Both the position numbers and the translations under genes were made by a program. A DNA stretch of 64,000 bases from Acanthaster planci. Taxonomy: Eukaryota. Of this stretch, positions 1 to 13,695 are shown in pieces. The stretch covers positions 1,295,210 through 1,359,209 of the forward strand of contig NW_019091357.1 in assembly GCF_001949145.1 (NCBI RefSeq), written 5' to 3'. How positions within the stretch are numbered: the stretch's first letter is position 1; each line of letters starts with the position of its first letter. The notes below the pieces were generated by a model. The model was not told the DNA's origin, did no database searches, and was given only the letters and a program-made list of their open reading frames with translations.

Positions 1-527
1 AGATGTAAAAACGTGCTTTTCGCAAAATCTTGGAGAAAGAATCTTACATCTTGGACTAGATTTAAAAACATGACTTTCTCTTCTGGTGCAGGCATCTTGA
101 CAACCTGACAACCAAGCTCTTCTGAGCTGACTGATTTGAGGTTGAGAACTTTGCAAGTTGCGCACAAATTGGCATGAAATTTAAATGAAGCTAAAGTGTG
201 AGGTTGATTTTAATGCTGGAAATTTAACCGGTCACTGATTCCGGAGTTCTAATGGCTTAGTTGACCCTGCTTCGAGCAGCACCATTTTCAATGCAATTTT
301 TCTTTCATGAAGTCGACAAATATCCAAGAACAATCCAACTAGCTGATTTAAAATGTGTTTTGAACTCTTAACAAGCTCGCAACATGACCATTACTCAATC
401 GAAAATGACAAATTTTGTCGTTTTACGCCCCTGTAGAAGTGTTTGTGAAATGTTATACCCCGCGTTGGCTCAAACTTTAATCGCGGTTCAACGTATAGCT
501 ACGTTAGAGGAGAGAGATTTCTAATAC

Positions 528-632
528 CATGGCAACTTGGTCTCCAAAGTGATCAAAGGGCTCCATGATAAATTCATCAACAGCCATGTTGGGAAAGCTG
601 ACGTCAGGAAACTTGCTTTTGAAGATTGCCAT
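528..632 (-). CDS. First coding exon (copy A) of a 4-coumarate-CoA ligase/luciferase-like acyl-CoA synthetase (ANL superfamily); gene continues leftwards out of the window
   Basis: ATG at 632 gives MAIFKSKFPDVSFPNMAVDEFIMEPFDHFGDQVAM, then a phase-0 GT donor (527-526). Resembles the N-terminus of animal 4CL-like enzymes (xKSxxPDV..EF..xxF..GDxxAx|VD). An upstream acceptor (ttttccttttaacAG, 692-691) implies a further 5' exon. Confidence 0.7.
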
Positions 633-929
633 CTTGTTGGTGGGTGCGGTAATTGCGATTAACTGCTCAGGAATTTCAGTTAGGGACAAACTGTTAAAAG
701 GAAAAAATACTAATAATGATAAATACGACAATTTTCCAAATAATTGAATATACACATGTAAGTGATGGACGCGATGGTCACTCAGCACAATTGCATCTTG
801 GTGCTACCAATGGATCCAGTATGAAACCTAAACCTTCCTTTTTGAAACCTCCACAACTACAAATCACAAAGAACAGGTGATTGGTCATTCGCAGATTTAT
901 TGGCAAAACTTTCAATGACTTTAATTTGT

Positions 930-2272
930 AACACCCAAGTGACCGCTAGCTCGTCCGACCACTATGAACTTCACAAAGGACCTCTTCTCGAAGCTTCCCT
1001 GGAAGTACCAGGCGCCATCTGACTGACTTCCCATCATAGGACTTCAAGCTTCTGCACAGCACCCCATCGCGCACGTGCAACTGGTCCCAGAGGGACCATA
1101 GCGTCTTGTGGGCAGCCTAGGTGCATGAAACAGCTTCCCAAAGAGTTCTACTGCCCACCTCTTCTCTAGATTTAACAACCCAACTCGTGCTGGGATCTTC
1201 CAGCTGTGCTTGCCTGACAGCATCCTTAGGCATGCATGGTTCGGCAGAGATACCGCTCACTTCAGCCTTTGGGACCCTAGGATTAGCAACCTCTCCCTGA
1301 CCCACAGCAATACCAGGAGGTTTAGTGCTCCCAACACCCTCAGGTACCTGAGGTGCCTCCACTTCCTCCTCATCATTCCGACCACACTGCTTACAGATCT
1401 TCCTGGACAGCCCATTGGCATTCCCATGCTTTCGTCCAGGTCGGTGTTGAATGGTCAAATCATACTCACTGATGACTTCAAGACATCTAGCAAGCTGGCC
1501 CTCAGGGCTTTTAAAATCAAGCAACCACCGGAGGGCAGCATGATCATTGTGAAGGACAACCTTCAGGTACTGCCTGAACTGTTTCAAGTAGACCACCTCC
1601 GCCAACAGCTCCCACCGCGTAACGCAGTAGTTCTTTTCAGCTCTACTCAGTTTGTGGCTGGCATAGGCGATAACTTTCTCTTCGCCTCCATGGACCTGGG
1701 ACAAAACTGCCCCTATTCAAAGTCTACTAGCATCCGTATCTAGGATGTAGTCACTGTCTGGTACAGGGTTAGCCAAAACAGGTGCTGTCTGCAATTTATG
1801 TTTAAGCTCCTGAAATGCTTCTTGGCGAGCCTCCGTCCAGACGAATTCTCTGGCCTTTGCAGTCAAGGCATGCAACAGTGAGGCCACCTCAGCAAACCCA
1901 CGGATAAACCGCCTATAGTAGGAAGAGAGGCTAACAAAGCTTCGCACTTCCTTCACACACTTAGGTGTCGGCCACTCAGCCACGGCGCGCACCTTTTCAG
2001 GGTCCGTAGCTACACCCTTTGACGACGGTCCCAAGTAATTAACCTGCTTCTGGAACAAGAAGCACTTACTTGGCTTCAATTTCAGTCCAGCCTCTCTCAA
2101 CCTGGAGAGAACGACTCTCAGTCGCTCGATCTCCTCCTTGACCGTTTTGCCAAATACGATGACATCATCCAGGTATATTAACAGGATGTTTCACTGACGG
2201 AAGGCCTGCCATTACCATGTCCATCAGCCTCTCGAATGTGGCTGGGGCATTGCAGAGGCCGAAAGGCATGCA
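930..2272 (-). mobile_element. Degenerate Ty3/Gypsy LTR-retrotransposon pol fragment (RT, RNase H, start of integrase)
   Basis: MPFGLCNAPATFERLM and IYLDDVIVFG (RT); KLKPSKC, DPEKV..V.EWPTP; ILDTDAS and VIAYASHKLSRAEKNY...ELLA...DHAALRWL (RNase H); EVHSG..GHLG (integrase Zn finger). Broken by frameshifts and stops; no LTRs seen. Confidence 0.93.
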
Positions 2273-3829
2273 TAGCCACTGACACGATTTCTTTCTCTGT
2301 TTCTACCATGTTACTGTACTTATAGAGCAGATCAAATTCCCCCCCTCCCATTCTATAACATAATATTCCCCTCCCACCATTCACACGCCATCAACCTCCC
2401 CAACACACCCTCCATACGGGGTGAATTCACCACCATCTAGTAAATACCACGCCTATTCTCTTTTTTCCCTTTTAGTGGTATTGCTGCCCCGAGAATTTGC
2501 TCAATATACACCGTCCACGCTTTAAAACCTCTTCATTAATAAGTCCCAAATTAAGCACGTATGCACACATATTGCCTTGGAAGCAAGAAAAGTGAGCAGG
2601 CCATTAAAAATGTACACGGCTATGACTTCGATGACCATTTTCTCTCCGGTTTTCTGAATTTCTTCATTTGTTCCTTCGCAAAATCCCATTACATCGACGG
2701 TTTTTGGTATTACATTTAGTTCCTAATTTCACTGGGATTTTTAGTTTTCTGTTACAGGATTAACACTGTAATTCTTCAATGCATGAGTACTAAACTTACA
2801 TCGTTACTGTCCTCATAAAAAACCGATATTCTATATATTCTATGATCTAGCCGGTGCCGCGCGAAACCCGCTAGTATACAGTATCAGCAATGCACCAAGT
2901 TGGCGGCAGCTGTGACTAGATTCCACCACGTGCACGTACACCGTGCATGATACGAATGTACATGTATGTACGCGCAGGAGCAGGTGGGGTCACATTATGC
3001 TCGCCAACCAGACACGTTATGTGTGTATAGTTGCAAAAGTTCATGTAAGCGCATAATGAGGTACGTCTCTCCTGTGGCCCCAGTATCCCCAGAACTCTGC
3101 GACCTGGGGTATGCATGGAGGAATGTTTTTTTGCCGCAACGCCCCAGGGTGAAATACATTACCTACTCATTCGTTGGTGTAGCAGGTGGATCCGGGATAT
3201 GCAACTACATCTGCATCCTTACGGTTCCACGTGACGCACTGAACTAAGTAAGTGTACTACCACCCTCGTCAACGTACTGCGTCAACTAGGCCTGTGGATG
3301 GTACAAAGCAGCTGCATGCAGTGAAAATCATCGATGTAGGCAGCTGGGCCAACATCATGCATGGGTGCGTTCGATCAGCTTACACGTGTAAGCTAAACTC
3401 ACACGAGAGCGTTCGTTTAGCCATCATGTGATCTCCGTGCCTGCCCTGGTGTCAGCCACCACTACGCCAGCTGGCGAGCGGGTCCCTGGAGGCTGCCCGA
3501 GTGTAAGATGTCACGGATGGAGCATGGACATGATGGAACGTGGCGGGGACTTGAGCTTTTTCCCAGAATGCCTTGGTGAATACACTGCAGCGTTCGATTC
3601 GCCTCATTTTGAGGCTCGCCTTGCCGGTAAACACTGGTGTACNTCCGGGAAGCTAATCGAACGCACCGATGGTTTATCTATGTGCTTTAAAGCTGCGCGC
3701 CTCGACGAGTCCCTGGCCTAGTCCAAACTCTTGACCAGAATATAAGGTTAAATCAGTGCTCTGAAATATATGATTGCCGAGCTTTCGGTAACTGAGTGCC
3801 TTCTTCAGGGCAAGCAGATTCAGTTCTGA

Positions 3830-4180
3830 ATGAACGCGGAAAAATCCACGTTCATTCCCCCTGGATGCAGCGTTCCAAGTTCGAAAATGACGCCGCTGCT
3901 CCAGTTCCTTACGCTGTACATCAGATGACGCTTTCCGCAGGATGCAGACGCTTACCTCACCGAGGGAATGTGGCGGCGCGCAAAAGTGATGCGCAACAGT
4001 GAGACCAGGTGTTTGTTGGCGCACACTGCCCAAGTGTTCTGCGAAGCGGTCACTAGGGCGACGCTTGGTCTCTCCGATGTACATTTTACCACAGCGACGA
4101 CATGTAACGCAGCACTTTTGCGCGCCGCCACACGGTTTTTACACAGAGCACTGTACAAAGATTATTTGTAATCCCGGTCG
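3830..4180 (-). mobile_element. Penelope-like retroelement GIY-YIG endonuclease fragment
   Basis: YIGETKRRPSDRFAEHLGSVR...VAHHF..PPHS...RKELEQR matches the Penelope-type GIY-YIG pattern; frameshifted on both sides. Confidence 0.8.
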
Positions 4181-4577
4181 TCCGTTTTTCATTCATTCAT
4201 TTAAAGAATTTCCACCTCGTGAGTCGTTTCTTGACACTACGCCCCTCCCTCAACTATTGTCCATGATGCGTTTAGCTGGGAGATGAATTCGATCCATTGT
4301 CCAGTGTTGGTTAGCTGTACCTCTGCGTATAAAAGCTTAAATTCTTTGCCTAAACCGTGGAGTGCGTAACTCTAATTTGGCTGAGTGCACATTTGTGTTT
4401 TCATTTATAAGCACGGTGCACGCATACAAAGTCACACACATTTGGCATTGCCACTGATCGTAGGTAAAGGAGGCACAGCCTGTCTTCATTACCCTGCAAG
4501 CCGAAATAGATTTATACCGGTTAGCTGAGGAAAGATGCTGGATTAAACGTTTCCAATGCTATTGGTATAATTTTCAG

Positions 4578-4799
4578 TGCAGAGGTGGGGATTTTTACAC
4601 CTCCAACACCAAGCAAATGTGATGAGCGGCTAATTCGGAAAATAAAGTCAACTGTCTCTTCATATGAAGACCACTTTTACAACCTTGGAGTACACATCGG
4701 AATCCCTCATGCAGTCACCATTGGAAATGATTTCGTTTGGCAAAATACATCCGGTTGGACTTGGAGTAATATACATGTACATCTGGGAAGTACTGATAG
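4578..4799 (+). other. Isolated putative exon (222 nt, phase 2-2), weakly death-domain-like
   Basis: ttttcAG acceptor (4576-4577), AG|GTAAGT donor (4800), open frame ...CDERLIRKIKSTVSSYEDHFYNLGVHIGIPHAV...; no partner exons identified. Confidence 0.35.
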
Positions 4800-4823
4800 G
4801 TAAGTTTCTGAACGATTAATCTG

Positions 4824-5039
4824 CACTCTAAAAACTCCCGGGTCAGATTGACCCAGAATTGGGCATGCCCTTTTCTGGGTCAAAAAATGACCCCCTTTCA
4901 GGTCGCATTTGACCCTTTCTGGGTCATAATTTGAGCCGGAAAATATTTGACCCTTTCTGGGTCATAATTTGACCAGGAAAAGGGTCACGCTAAATGGAAT
5001 CCAATTTTGGGTCAATATGACCCGGGAATTTTTAGAGTG
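4824..5039. mobile_element. Non-autonomous CACT-type (EnSpm/CMC-like) DNA transposon / MITE
   Basis: Terminal inverted repeats CACTCTAAAAACTCCCGGGTCA ... TGACCCGGGAATTTTTAGAGTG, TG on both flanks (2-bp TSD), internal repeats of TGACCC/GGGTCA. Confidence 0.8.
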
Positions 5040-5671
5040 TGTTCTGTAAAGTTATACATGAATTGTCATCGTTATAGTTATTTTTTAATAGTTTTCTTTA
5101 ATAAAAGCGAAAGAGTTAGATTGAAGTTAAATTGAAAGTAAATCGGCTAAATGCGAAGTTTAAAAATGAAAAAAACACAGACAAAAACCCAAAATTATAC
5201 GTTGCAATTAACATATACATATGTAAAGGTGACAAAAATGATAAAATAGAAATAAAATGGGTAGAGTATGCATAAAACTGAATAGACATATTAATTAAAA
5301 TATACGTGAAATAAAAAAACTTTAGTGGAAGTCTGTATTCACCACCGACCACAGCGCGGCAAATCAAAAAGTTGGAGAAGACATTAATACGTATAGAACG
5401 CAAAAACGGTGTTCTTAACTGTTATGAGCCTTTGACGTTGTAAAAATTCAATAAAACTGTGATTTCTGTGTCTATCCAGTCAATTTCGACCTGTTAGCTT
5501 TTTAAAAGAATATGCGGTTTACTGTAAATTCCTGAGAATACTCGAAACTCTTCTCATTAGTATGACGTCATCAGGGTGGTTTAATCCCGCTGCCTTTACA
5601 GTTTGTGACCCTACTGTACTCCTAGAATTATATCCCCAAAGTATTTCTTTGCAAATTAAGGAATACGCTAC

Positions 5672-5761
5672 CATGGCAACGCGGTCCTCATAGCTCTCAA
5701 AGTGTTCCATGACAAACTCGTCCACAGCAGGGACGGCCACATCCGGGAACTTGATCTTCAT
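5672..5761 (-). CDS. Second copy (copy B) of the 4CL/luciferase-like first coding exon (alternative exon or remnant)
   Basis: MKIKFPDVAVPAVDEFVMEHFESYEDRVAM followed by GT at the same codon position as copy A; clear paralogy to 528-632 (KFPDV, AVDEF.ME.F, D.VAM). Confidence 0.6.
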
Positions 5762-8700
5762 GATAGCTGAGAATTGTTCTTTTACTCACGGCCAGCCATA
5801 GTTTTAGCAGCTTCTTGTAGGAAGAGCACGACCGTGACGTCAAAAGTGACTACAGTATCACTATCCAGCACATACTTCGGACTTCACGCGACTAAAGCGA
5901 AAACGAACGAGACTTTGCGAGATCAAATCAGATACTGGCTCTGTGAATTCCGAAAAGTTGAACATATTCAACTCGAGAGAAAATTTGCTTCAAATTTTTC
6001 GTGACGTCAAATTCGCTTCCCTTTTAAAAACATTTGCCTGTAGTATGAATCGGCCTTAAGATTTGACGGCCAATCTGGAGAGTTAGGAATGTGCCTTGGT
6101 GACATTTCTCTGTGACAAAAAGTATCCCCTGATAAAATTGTGTTGGTTACGTCATCTGTGGTGTCTTGACTTACTGAAGAGAAACCGTCAACTTATTCAA
6201 GAGCAACTTCCGCAGCTCAATCCCTTGATTAAGAAAAAATCAATCCCAACGGGAAAAAGTCTTTAGATTCATTTTTCTTGTAGTAATTGAAAGGCAAACC
6301 TTTCCACAGCACCTCTCGTGGGAGGGGATGCTCCTTTAAAGGATGATAAATAAATCGAAATCCTTTCACAAAAACTCTCCATTCACGCCACTCGGCACAG
6401 AAAATAATTTCCCCATCTCCGAATTCAAAGGCGACCGTTCATTTGTGTTAGCGCCCTCTATCACACCTTGCCTCCTTTTTCATCCAAGATCGCTGCACCC
6501 CCCCCTCTACATTAGACCTATAGTTTTTGGTATTTTTGCATACAGCGAGCTTTTAAAATGTGACCACTTTGGGGCCCAGCACAGTTAAATAACAGGTTTC
6601 CAACTTCGATGGCGGCACCGTGTGGGTTACATGTTTATCAATTTGAAGCAAGCCTACGAGAAAAAAAATTGAGAATTTCCAGTCTTCTATTGCGTACCCT
6701 GAAAGTGACCTAGACGAGCTGGCAAGTAAAAAAACATAGACTTACGATTGCCTGCTTGTTGGGATTTTTGTTCAAGTAAATAAATTGCTCTTGCTTAATA
6801 AATCTTGGTTTAGTACACGGTCATAATTTCAATAGCTACTTGAAAGAAACAACGCTACATGTATTCTTCACAAGAAAACTGAAGCACCGTTTTTTATATT
6901 ATAATAATATGTTTCTTCTCGGGAATGATTTTTTTTGTCTTTTTCTTTAGATTTTTGGTTACACTATCTTGTTCTGAACAAAAGATGAGAAGAAAATATG
7001 AAATCACTACAAAATAAAGGGCAGAAGACCAGGTTGCTTTTTTAAAATGACCGTGACTGGTCACACGAGACGGAATTGCTAAGAAATGGAGTTACAGAAT
7101 GTAGCCATCCTGAATTTGCAAATGAAACGAAATCTTATGGCGTCAATTTGAAATATTTTCCCTTACTATCCGCAGACATTTTAAATCGAAAATATTGACA
7201 ATGAAAACCCATATCAATTCACATCAAGGCCAGAACATACCTAATTACGAACGAGATTTTTACGATGATATTTGCCCTGTGAATGCACAAATTAAAAGTT
7301 GAACATATTTGATAACTGAACGAATGATTTGGGACTTCAAATTCGCTTATTCCCTTCTTGTTTGCCTGATGTATGTGAACCGGCCTTTAACCAATGAGCG
7401 TAAAGCCAGTTCCTTTCTCCCATTTTTTTGTGAATGGTTATTTCACAACACTTTGTCATACAAACGAGCTCCGTGGGGTAATTTGTGGAGATACACGAGC
7501 CATTTTGTTGTGATATTGATGTAATGTTTGGCCTTTTCCATCACGAGCCGCTGACGGTTTCCTGTGGAAATATTCAGTGTTTTCATTCAACACACTCCCT
7601 GGCGATGGACATGAAAGGGGAAATTATACCCTGAATGAAAATGCACAGTTTGGGATTCTGCAAAGTCATCCAACCTAAATCCACTGATGTGGATAAACAT
7701 TGAGAATGAAAACCGCCGCGATACAAACCCAACAGTAATTGGGGCATATTCAGAGAAAAACGAGGCCGGGTTAAGTGTTTAATTGGCCTCACAGGCAGAT
7801 GGTGTTCCGTAGGCCCCAATCGTAGGCGTCGCTGTAGGGAGGTGTGTGGGGGGGGTTCACAGCCCTATTACCGTAGTCTGTTTTGTCGTCAAACTCATGC
7901 GTCTGTTGGCAAAAAATGGGAAAAGAAAGGGGGGAGGGTAACGTGTCGGGTCAGGGAACCAGTCTACCATTACACTCATGACATCTGCCGTCGGTCCGTC
8001 GACAAATTTCATGATGGCAAGCCCCCCCCCCTTTAAATCGGTCTAGCCACGCTGCTGGTTATCCCTAATTGAAATGCTAAGCCGGAGTTATAAGCTATGA
8101 ACTTTTCCGTACGCCGGTGCGTATGTTGGTATTTGCGTTTCGTGGCACACCTGTAATAGTATTCTCGTAAGCCTTACAGCAGCATTTTCGTTTCAGTTCC
8201 CGAACTGTTCGTTGGCCCAGGCACAGTGCCTTATTAGATAATCCGACCATGGATAGAAAGCTAATTATTGTCAAATTGTCGTCCAAAATTTGCCCGCTAA
8301 TCGTTGCACAACACGGAGGAAGACTTCTGTGATCACTCTCAGTTCCTTCCCAATTGTGTCATGCGCATGTGAAATTATATTATTTGCCAACGGTGCATGA
8401 TGTCATCTGTAATCGCCGTTTTCGGGAGATAAGATTATCGTCTTTGGTTTTGCTTTTGTCGCCAAAAGTATAGTTCACATGTTTTTATTCGTTTAATTCG
8501 ATTCCATCCTTCTACGTTACCCCCCCCCCCTGACGGTGTACATAAGTTGATACAATGAGATTGCTGCTATGTCAACTTTCAAGCAGGTATTTTGACTTTA
8601 AACTTGACTATCCGCACAAAATGACCACGTATCGTTCAGATGAACACTCGGAATTATTCAAATTAATCAATTTAAGCGCCATTAAGCCGATGCCTTTGCC

Positions 8701-10939
8701 ATAGAACTATGATAAGCTAAGTTGGATGACGACCAATTTCAACCTATGTAACCTCTCCCACGAGACTTTACCAACTCAACACAGCTTAGGCTACCTGCCT
8801 TGCCATGCGTGATCCTTTGAGCTTGCTCGCAGTTTATTTCTTCAAATTATTTCTGTTCTTTCAAATGAGCCCAGTAGCTAAATGCATTCAAGATCGACAT
8901 ACATTGTTCGATATCTTTCCCCCTCCTTCCTGGCAGTGCCAAGTAGGCAGAATAAGAAGATTACTTTTTTGATGGCAGATTTACGATCAGATTACACATA
9001 CTTGCTTGAATCTGGACGGGATCTCTTAATTGATTGCATGAGAATAGCAATGAGTATTTTAATTATGTATTGTTTGCTTTGCCACACATATAAAACGGGG
9101 AATATATCCTTTGGCCTCCCCTCCAGTACGGGAATATATTCCCCCTTCCCCAGGATTTACTCCCATGGTCTTTTCATGCTTCTATCTCGCTGTTTCTTTC
9201 TGGCTCGATCAACGCCCCTTCGATTTTTTTTACGAAATCTGTCCTGAGATTTGAAGGCATCGGTGCCCCCCCCTCTGGGAACAAACGATGTGGGCTAGTT
9301 TAATTGGGTTTCATGTATATTGTATCCAAAGTCTCTCAACTTTCTTCGTTTTTTTCTTTTCCGCGTGCAGGTCCCTACAAGTCCCCAGTTTTCCCGGAAC
9401 GATCTGGGGGTACGACTCCCCCTCACTACGTCACTCAGTCTCACTGTATGATTCTGTTGGTCTATTCTCACTATCGTCACGTGCCTGCAACGTGAAAAAC
9501 TTTAGAAAACCACCGAGAAACCAGCGTGTTGACCCAATGATTTCCTCGTGATGTGCGGCCTTTTAATTTGTGAAAGGCACAAAAACTGAAACGTCATTTA
9601 CGCAAAGCTCTTCCGAGTTTTGCTACGTCGTGTGTGGACAGGTAGGGCTTTACACTGCTAGTCAATAGAGACTCAGTTATCGATTTCCCGCTCGAAAAAA
9701 CAAGGCTGGTTTCCCGGTTTCAGATAGACTGGTTGGCTATACCACGTGGACTGACATTTTATAGAAACGGTGGTATCGGGAAAGGTCCCCTCGAGTTGGG
9801 GAATTCCAATTTTCTTTATGTTTAACCTCTTGAAGAATCTTGTGTCATTGCATCATCGTGTAGGTTTTCATTGTATATTTGACACTAATACGGGGATTTG
9901 AACTAATCTCCACTTGTCAGGGGTAATTTTGTCCTGATTTTCTTTTCAGTCGAGTCAAACAAGTTTACGATTAAAAGGCCAGTATGTTGTTTCCGTTTTG
10001 GTAGTGTAATTTTATTCAGGTGTGCTTTACCGAGGGACGTTTTCCGTTACGTTGTTGCAGCGAATGCTTTTCAGGTTTTGTCTTTATATTACCAAATCTT
10101 TCAAATTGCCTCAAGTTTGATTTCTTGCACAGCATTTTAGATAATTCAACCGGTTTAAAAAGTGAGTATCATACGTTCACATTACTATCTTAACTTTCCA
10201 GAGGTGCCATTATTAATTATTTAAGGTATTTGATGCGGTATGTCAACCTAACCTGCTCCCGTCTATTCCGAGTTAAACTTAGTACGACATACGTCTAAGC
10301 CTCTTCCCCCTTCAATAACCTAAGTCTGGACCCGCCCATTTCTAACAGTGAACCCTATTTTCCAAGAATAACCCGCACAAAATGGACCCAAACGTCTCAA
10401 CACGACTTTAATACTTTTCAATGATGTATCGGAGTCATTTAGGGAAATACCTTAACACCAAAGATTTTTTTCAGGGTGGGAAGGAGAACTTTATTTTATT
10501 TTTATTTACTCCATTATGTCATCTTTAATGGGGGTAAGCTCCGATCAGTGCACAGCACTGCTTTGCATAGGGGCCCTTAGATTTACAACGCGGATACTCC
10601 TTAATCTAATGTCACTAAACGTCGCCCCATGGAATGTATTTCTGATGATTGTACAAACCAAAATTAATCGGTCCTTCTGCTTGAATTGGGGATTGCTGAC
10701 GCTTTACATTTCTTGGTAAAAAAACACTCGATATCCCTCACAGATCCGTCTTAATGACAAATCTCAGGCAAACAATGGATAAGTTTTGCGGCCATATCGA
10801 ATTCAGAAACCATGACGATAACATTCTGGTCCTACTGACGTGAATTTGTGAAGGTGTTCGTTGTAACAACTCCCAGTTCCAAACTCTGGTTTTGTTAAAA
10901 CGCAGCTTGTCAACCCCCAGAGCGCGCGTGCAACGGTTA

Positions 10940-10961
10940 GGGGTTTTCCCCATTGACGTCA
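10940..10961. promoter_or_regulatory. Adjacent NF-kB-like and CRE sites (candidate enhancer)
   Basis: GGGGTTTTCCCC (10940-10951) two bases from TGACGTCA (10954-10961), about 2.6 kb upstream of the IL-17 gene 1 TATA box. Confidence 0.45.
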
Positions 10962-12980
10962 GTATTAGCCAGGATGTGAATCAATGGCTGTTTCATTTGC
11001 CACAAATCTTCAAAGTCAAAGTCAACGGATAAATAATTCGCAGAAAATACACCATCATATTAACCGCCACCCTATCGCCTTTTCCTCTTGGTCTGAATTA
11101 ATTATTTGATTACATTAAGGAGACAATTTTTTCGGGTTCTCCAGGTGAAGAGTACTTTGTAAGAGGTAACTGTACGCACAATCGCGAATAGCCCAAAACA
11201 AAGCATTTCATGTTTGAAATATTGGAGTATATATAAAAGAAATGAACAGTAACACCAAACACAAACCATCAGAGATCCTTTGTGATTTGATGAATCGACG
11301 TTTGATTGCACCAATTTGTAAAATTCTGTAAAAACTGAGCTTACGATTAGTGTCTTTAAGAAAACACGCGTACAAAAAGTACACTTGTTTTCTCAAAAAC
11401 AAAAATGGATGGAATAACAAAAAAGGAGTCAAACCCGGGAATATGATCGAAATCAAACCATAGTAAGAATTGGAATGCATGGTGTTTTATACAGTTTTTT
11501 CGGGAGGGGGGAAATTGACCAGGAAAACCTTTACCTTTAAAAAATCATCATGCAACAGCCTCGGCCGATTTTTTTTATAGAGCACCACCACTGCACACCG
11601 AAACCTTTGAACAACTCTCCAAGTAGTTCAATTAAAAAAGAAAGAAACAAAAGAAATCACTCGGCGGCAATGAGGGAATCTGGAGAAAGATTTGTCACAT
11701 CTTCTAATTTTAGCTTGTGTTAGTTTCGCGGAATATAAAAAAGCAACAGGACTTTTTGAGGATCAGGGAATTTGTAGGGAACTCATCCGAAATGTTAGAA
11801 ATTTTGCGAATGCAAACCTGTATTGAATAAAATCGAAACCCCTTAAACAAACGCGGATATTCAGTACTGTCCAATTATAGGGCGAAAGGCAGGATTTCGT
11901 GGCGTGCCATTAAAACTGTTCTGGTCTATTGCTTTAAACTTAGAATAAAAAATCTGGGGAGAGTATAGTCATGCCCTTCGAACCGCAGCGTTGTCCCCAC
12001 CCACGCGATTGAAGATACAGGACTCAGGATGGGCGGGTGTCGTTGGGAAAAGGCATCAATCGGCTATGTAGATTGAAAGAGCAAAAGCTTGTTGCCAAGG
12101 GGTAGGGGAAGAGGTTTCATCGACAACAGAATGGAAAGGTCATTCCGATGACCCTTGCACGTCATTCTCCAAAGGACAACGTGAACAGGAACGCACCCAA
12201 ACACTCATGCTGCTTATGTCTGTAGAGTATTTCTCGGCACTGAGGGTCGGCTGAAATCTTGCCATGAACTAATAAAGAGATTTCGATACTTCTCCCCTCT
12301 CTTCTTTCAAATTTGTCGAGCAGAATAGAATGATATATAAAACTTTGTGACCCAGGATCAGCAGCGATTATTGCAGTGCAATAACCGTAATCACGGGATC
12401 GACCGTGTTATAGTGTTGACTGAGAGCGATATCTCTAACTATATAGCTGCATGTACTTAACCCCACTCTAATTTACTTCAAGAAATGTGATACAGTTGGA
12501 GACCACGTCTCTTTATAAACTGGTGTTGACATTGTCAGTTGATTGCCGGGGGTGGGATTGGGGGTGGGGTAGATTCAATGGGAGGGGTGTTGTTTACATA
12601 ATTAAGTTTCGTATCCCAACTCGGGTAATTTTTTTCCGCTAAAGCGACTGGGATGTGAGGATCGATGATCTATTTTGATTATTTTTAGTATTCATAATGT
12701 AATTTGGAAGAGCCCACCGCTCAACTAGAAGATGTTATTGGCGTATGCCATTACCTTTACAAATTTCTGAGTTTTTTTCTCAGTTTTTTGTAAAACAATT
12801 GTCCAGATTTCAAGATTTCAAATGTCTAGAAACCCCTTCAAAATGTTTGCGTTCCACTAAAGAAGTAGTTTATTTTTAAAAAGAGGGAAAATTGATTTGA
12901 ACGAAAATGTTTCATGATATTTAAAAGTTAAAGGGAACTACATAGCAACAGTAACAACAGCAAATATTGCCAAGGAATTC

Positions 12981-13526
12981 TGAGTCATTTTTCTATTTTG
13001 CCTTTTTTCCTGCAGTTGGAGCAACTCCCCAAAATCTGGGATTCCCCAGAGTGATTCACACCAGATTCCGATCTCATTACCGAACTGGCTACGCATAATT
13101 CAGCAAAACAGAAAGTTTACACGCTGTCTTCAGCGGTCCAAAATCTACGATAGGCGATATCACGACTGCCAGCGGAAGTGTGCATGTTTAGGGCGATTGA
13201 AAAAAAAACCAGTGACGTTTAACTACGTCCAAGCAAAACAGAAACCGGATTTTGAGGCGCGCACCTGGTACCCGGCGCTGGTTCCCGAGAGAAAACGCCC
13301 GTCACGGGTGTACCCGGGAGCCCAGGCTATGGTGGCGCTGTCTATGAAGTCATTGAAGCGGATCTCCGTACACGAACGGGCCTGTACTCTCAACGCTGGA
13401 AAATTACTGAACAAGTTAATTATCATAATTCACACGGAAGCACAGCCAGTATGAATTGCTCAAACATTACTTTGGAACTTATTTTTAAATATCTCTGTGG
13501 GACTTTTGTTTTGAGGTGTATATAAG
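12981..13526 (+). promoter_or_regulatory. Promoter of IL-17 gene 1: AP-1, NF-kB and TATA
   Basis: TGAGTCA 12981-12987, GGGATTCCCC 13038-13047, TATATAAG 13519-13526, about 160 nt upstream of the ATG at 13684. Confidence 0.65.
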
Positions 13527-13683
13527 CCCTTAAAGATTCCACCATGGAACATTGTCAGTTTAAACTCGAAGCCAGTTGCTCAGTTGATTCAGAGCTTTTG
13601 AAGTCTGAAGCTTTTGGAGTTCCAGTTTCAACATTCGTAACTCACACCACCAACCCTTTCACCGATCAGCTGCGAAACTCCTG

Positions 13684-13695
13684 ATGGATACACAG
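13684..13695 (+). CDS. IL17: IL-17 gene 1, coding exon 1 (MDTQ)
   Basis: ATG GAT ACA CAG|GTGAGT strong phase-0 donor downstream of a TATA box; joins in frame to the acceptor at 16686. Confidence 0.75.
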
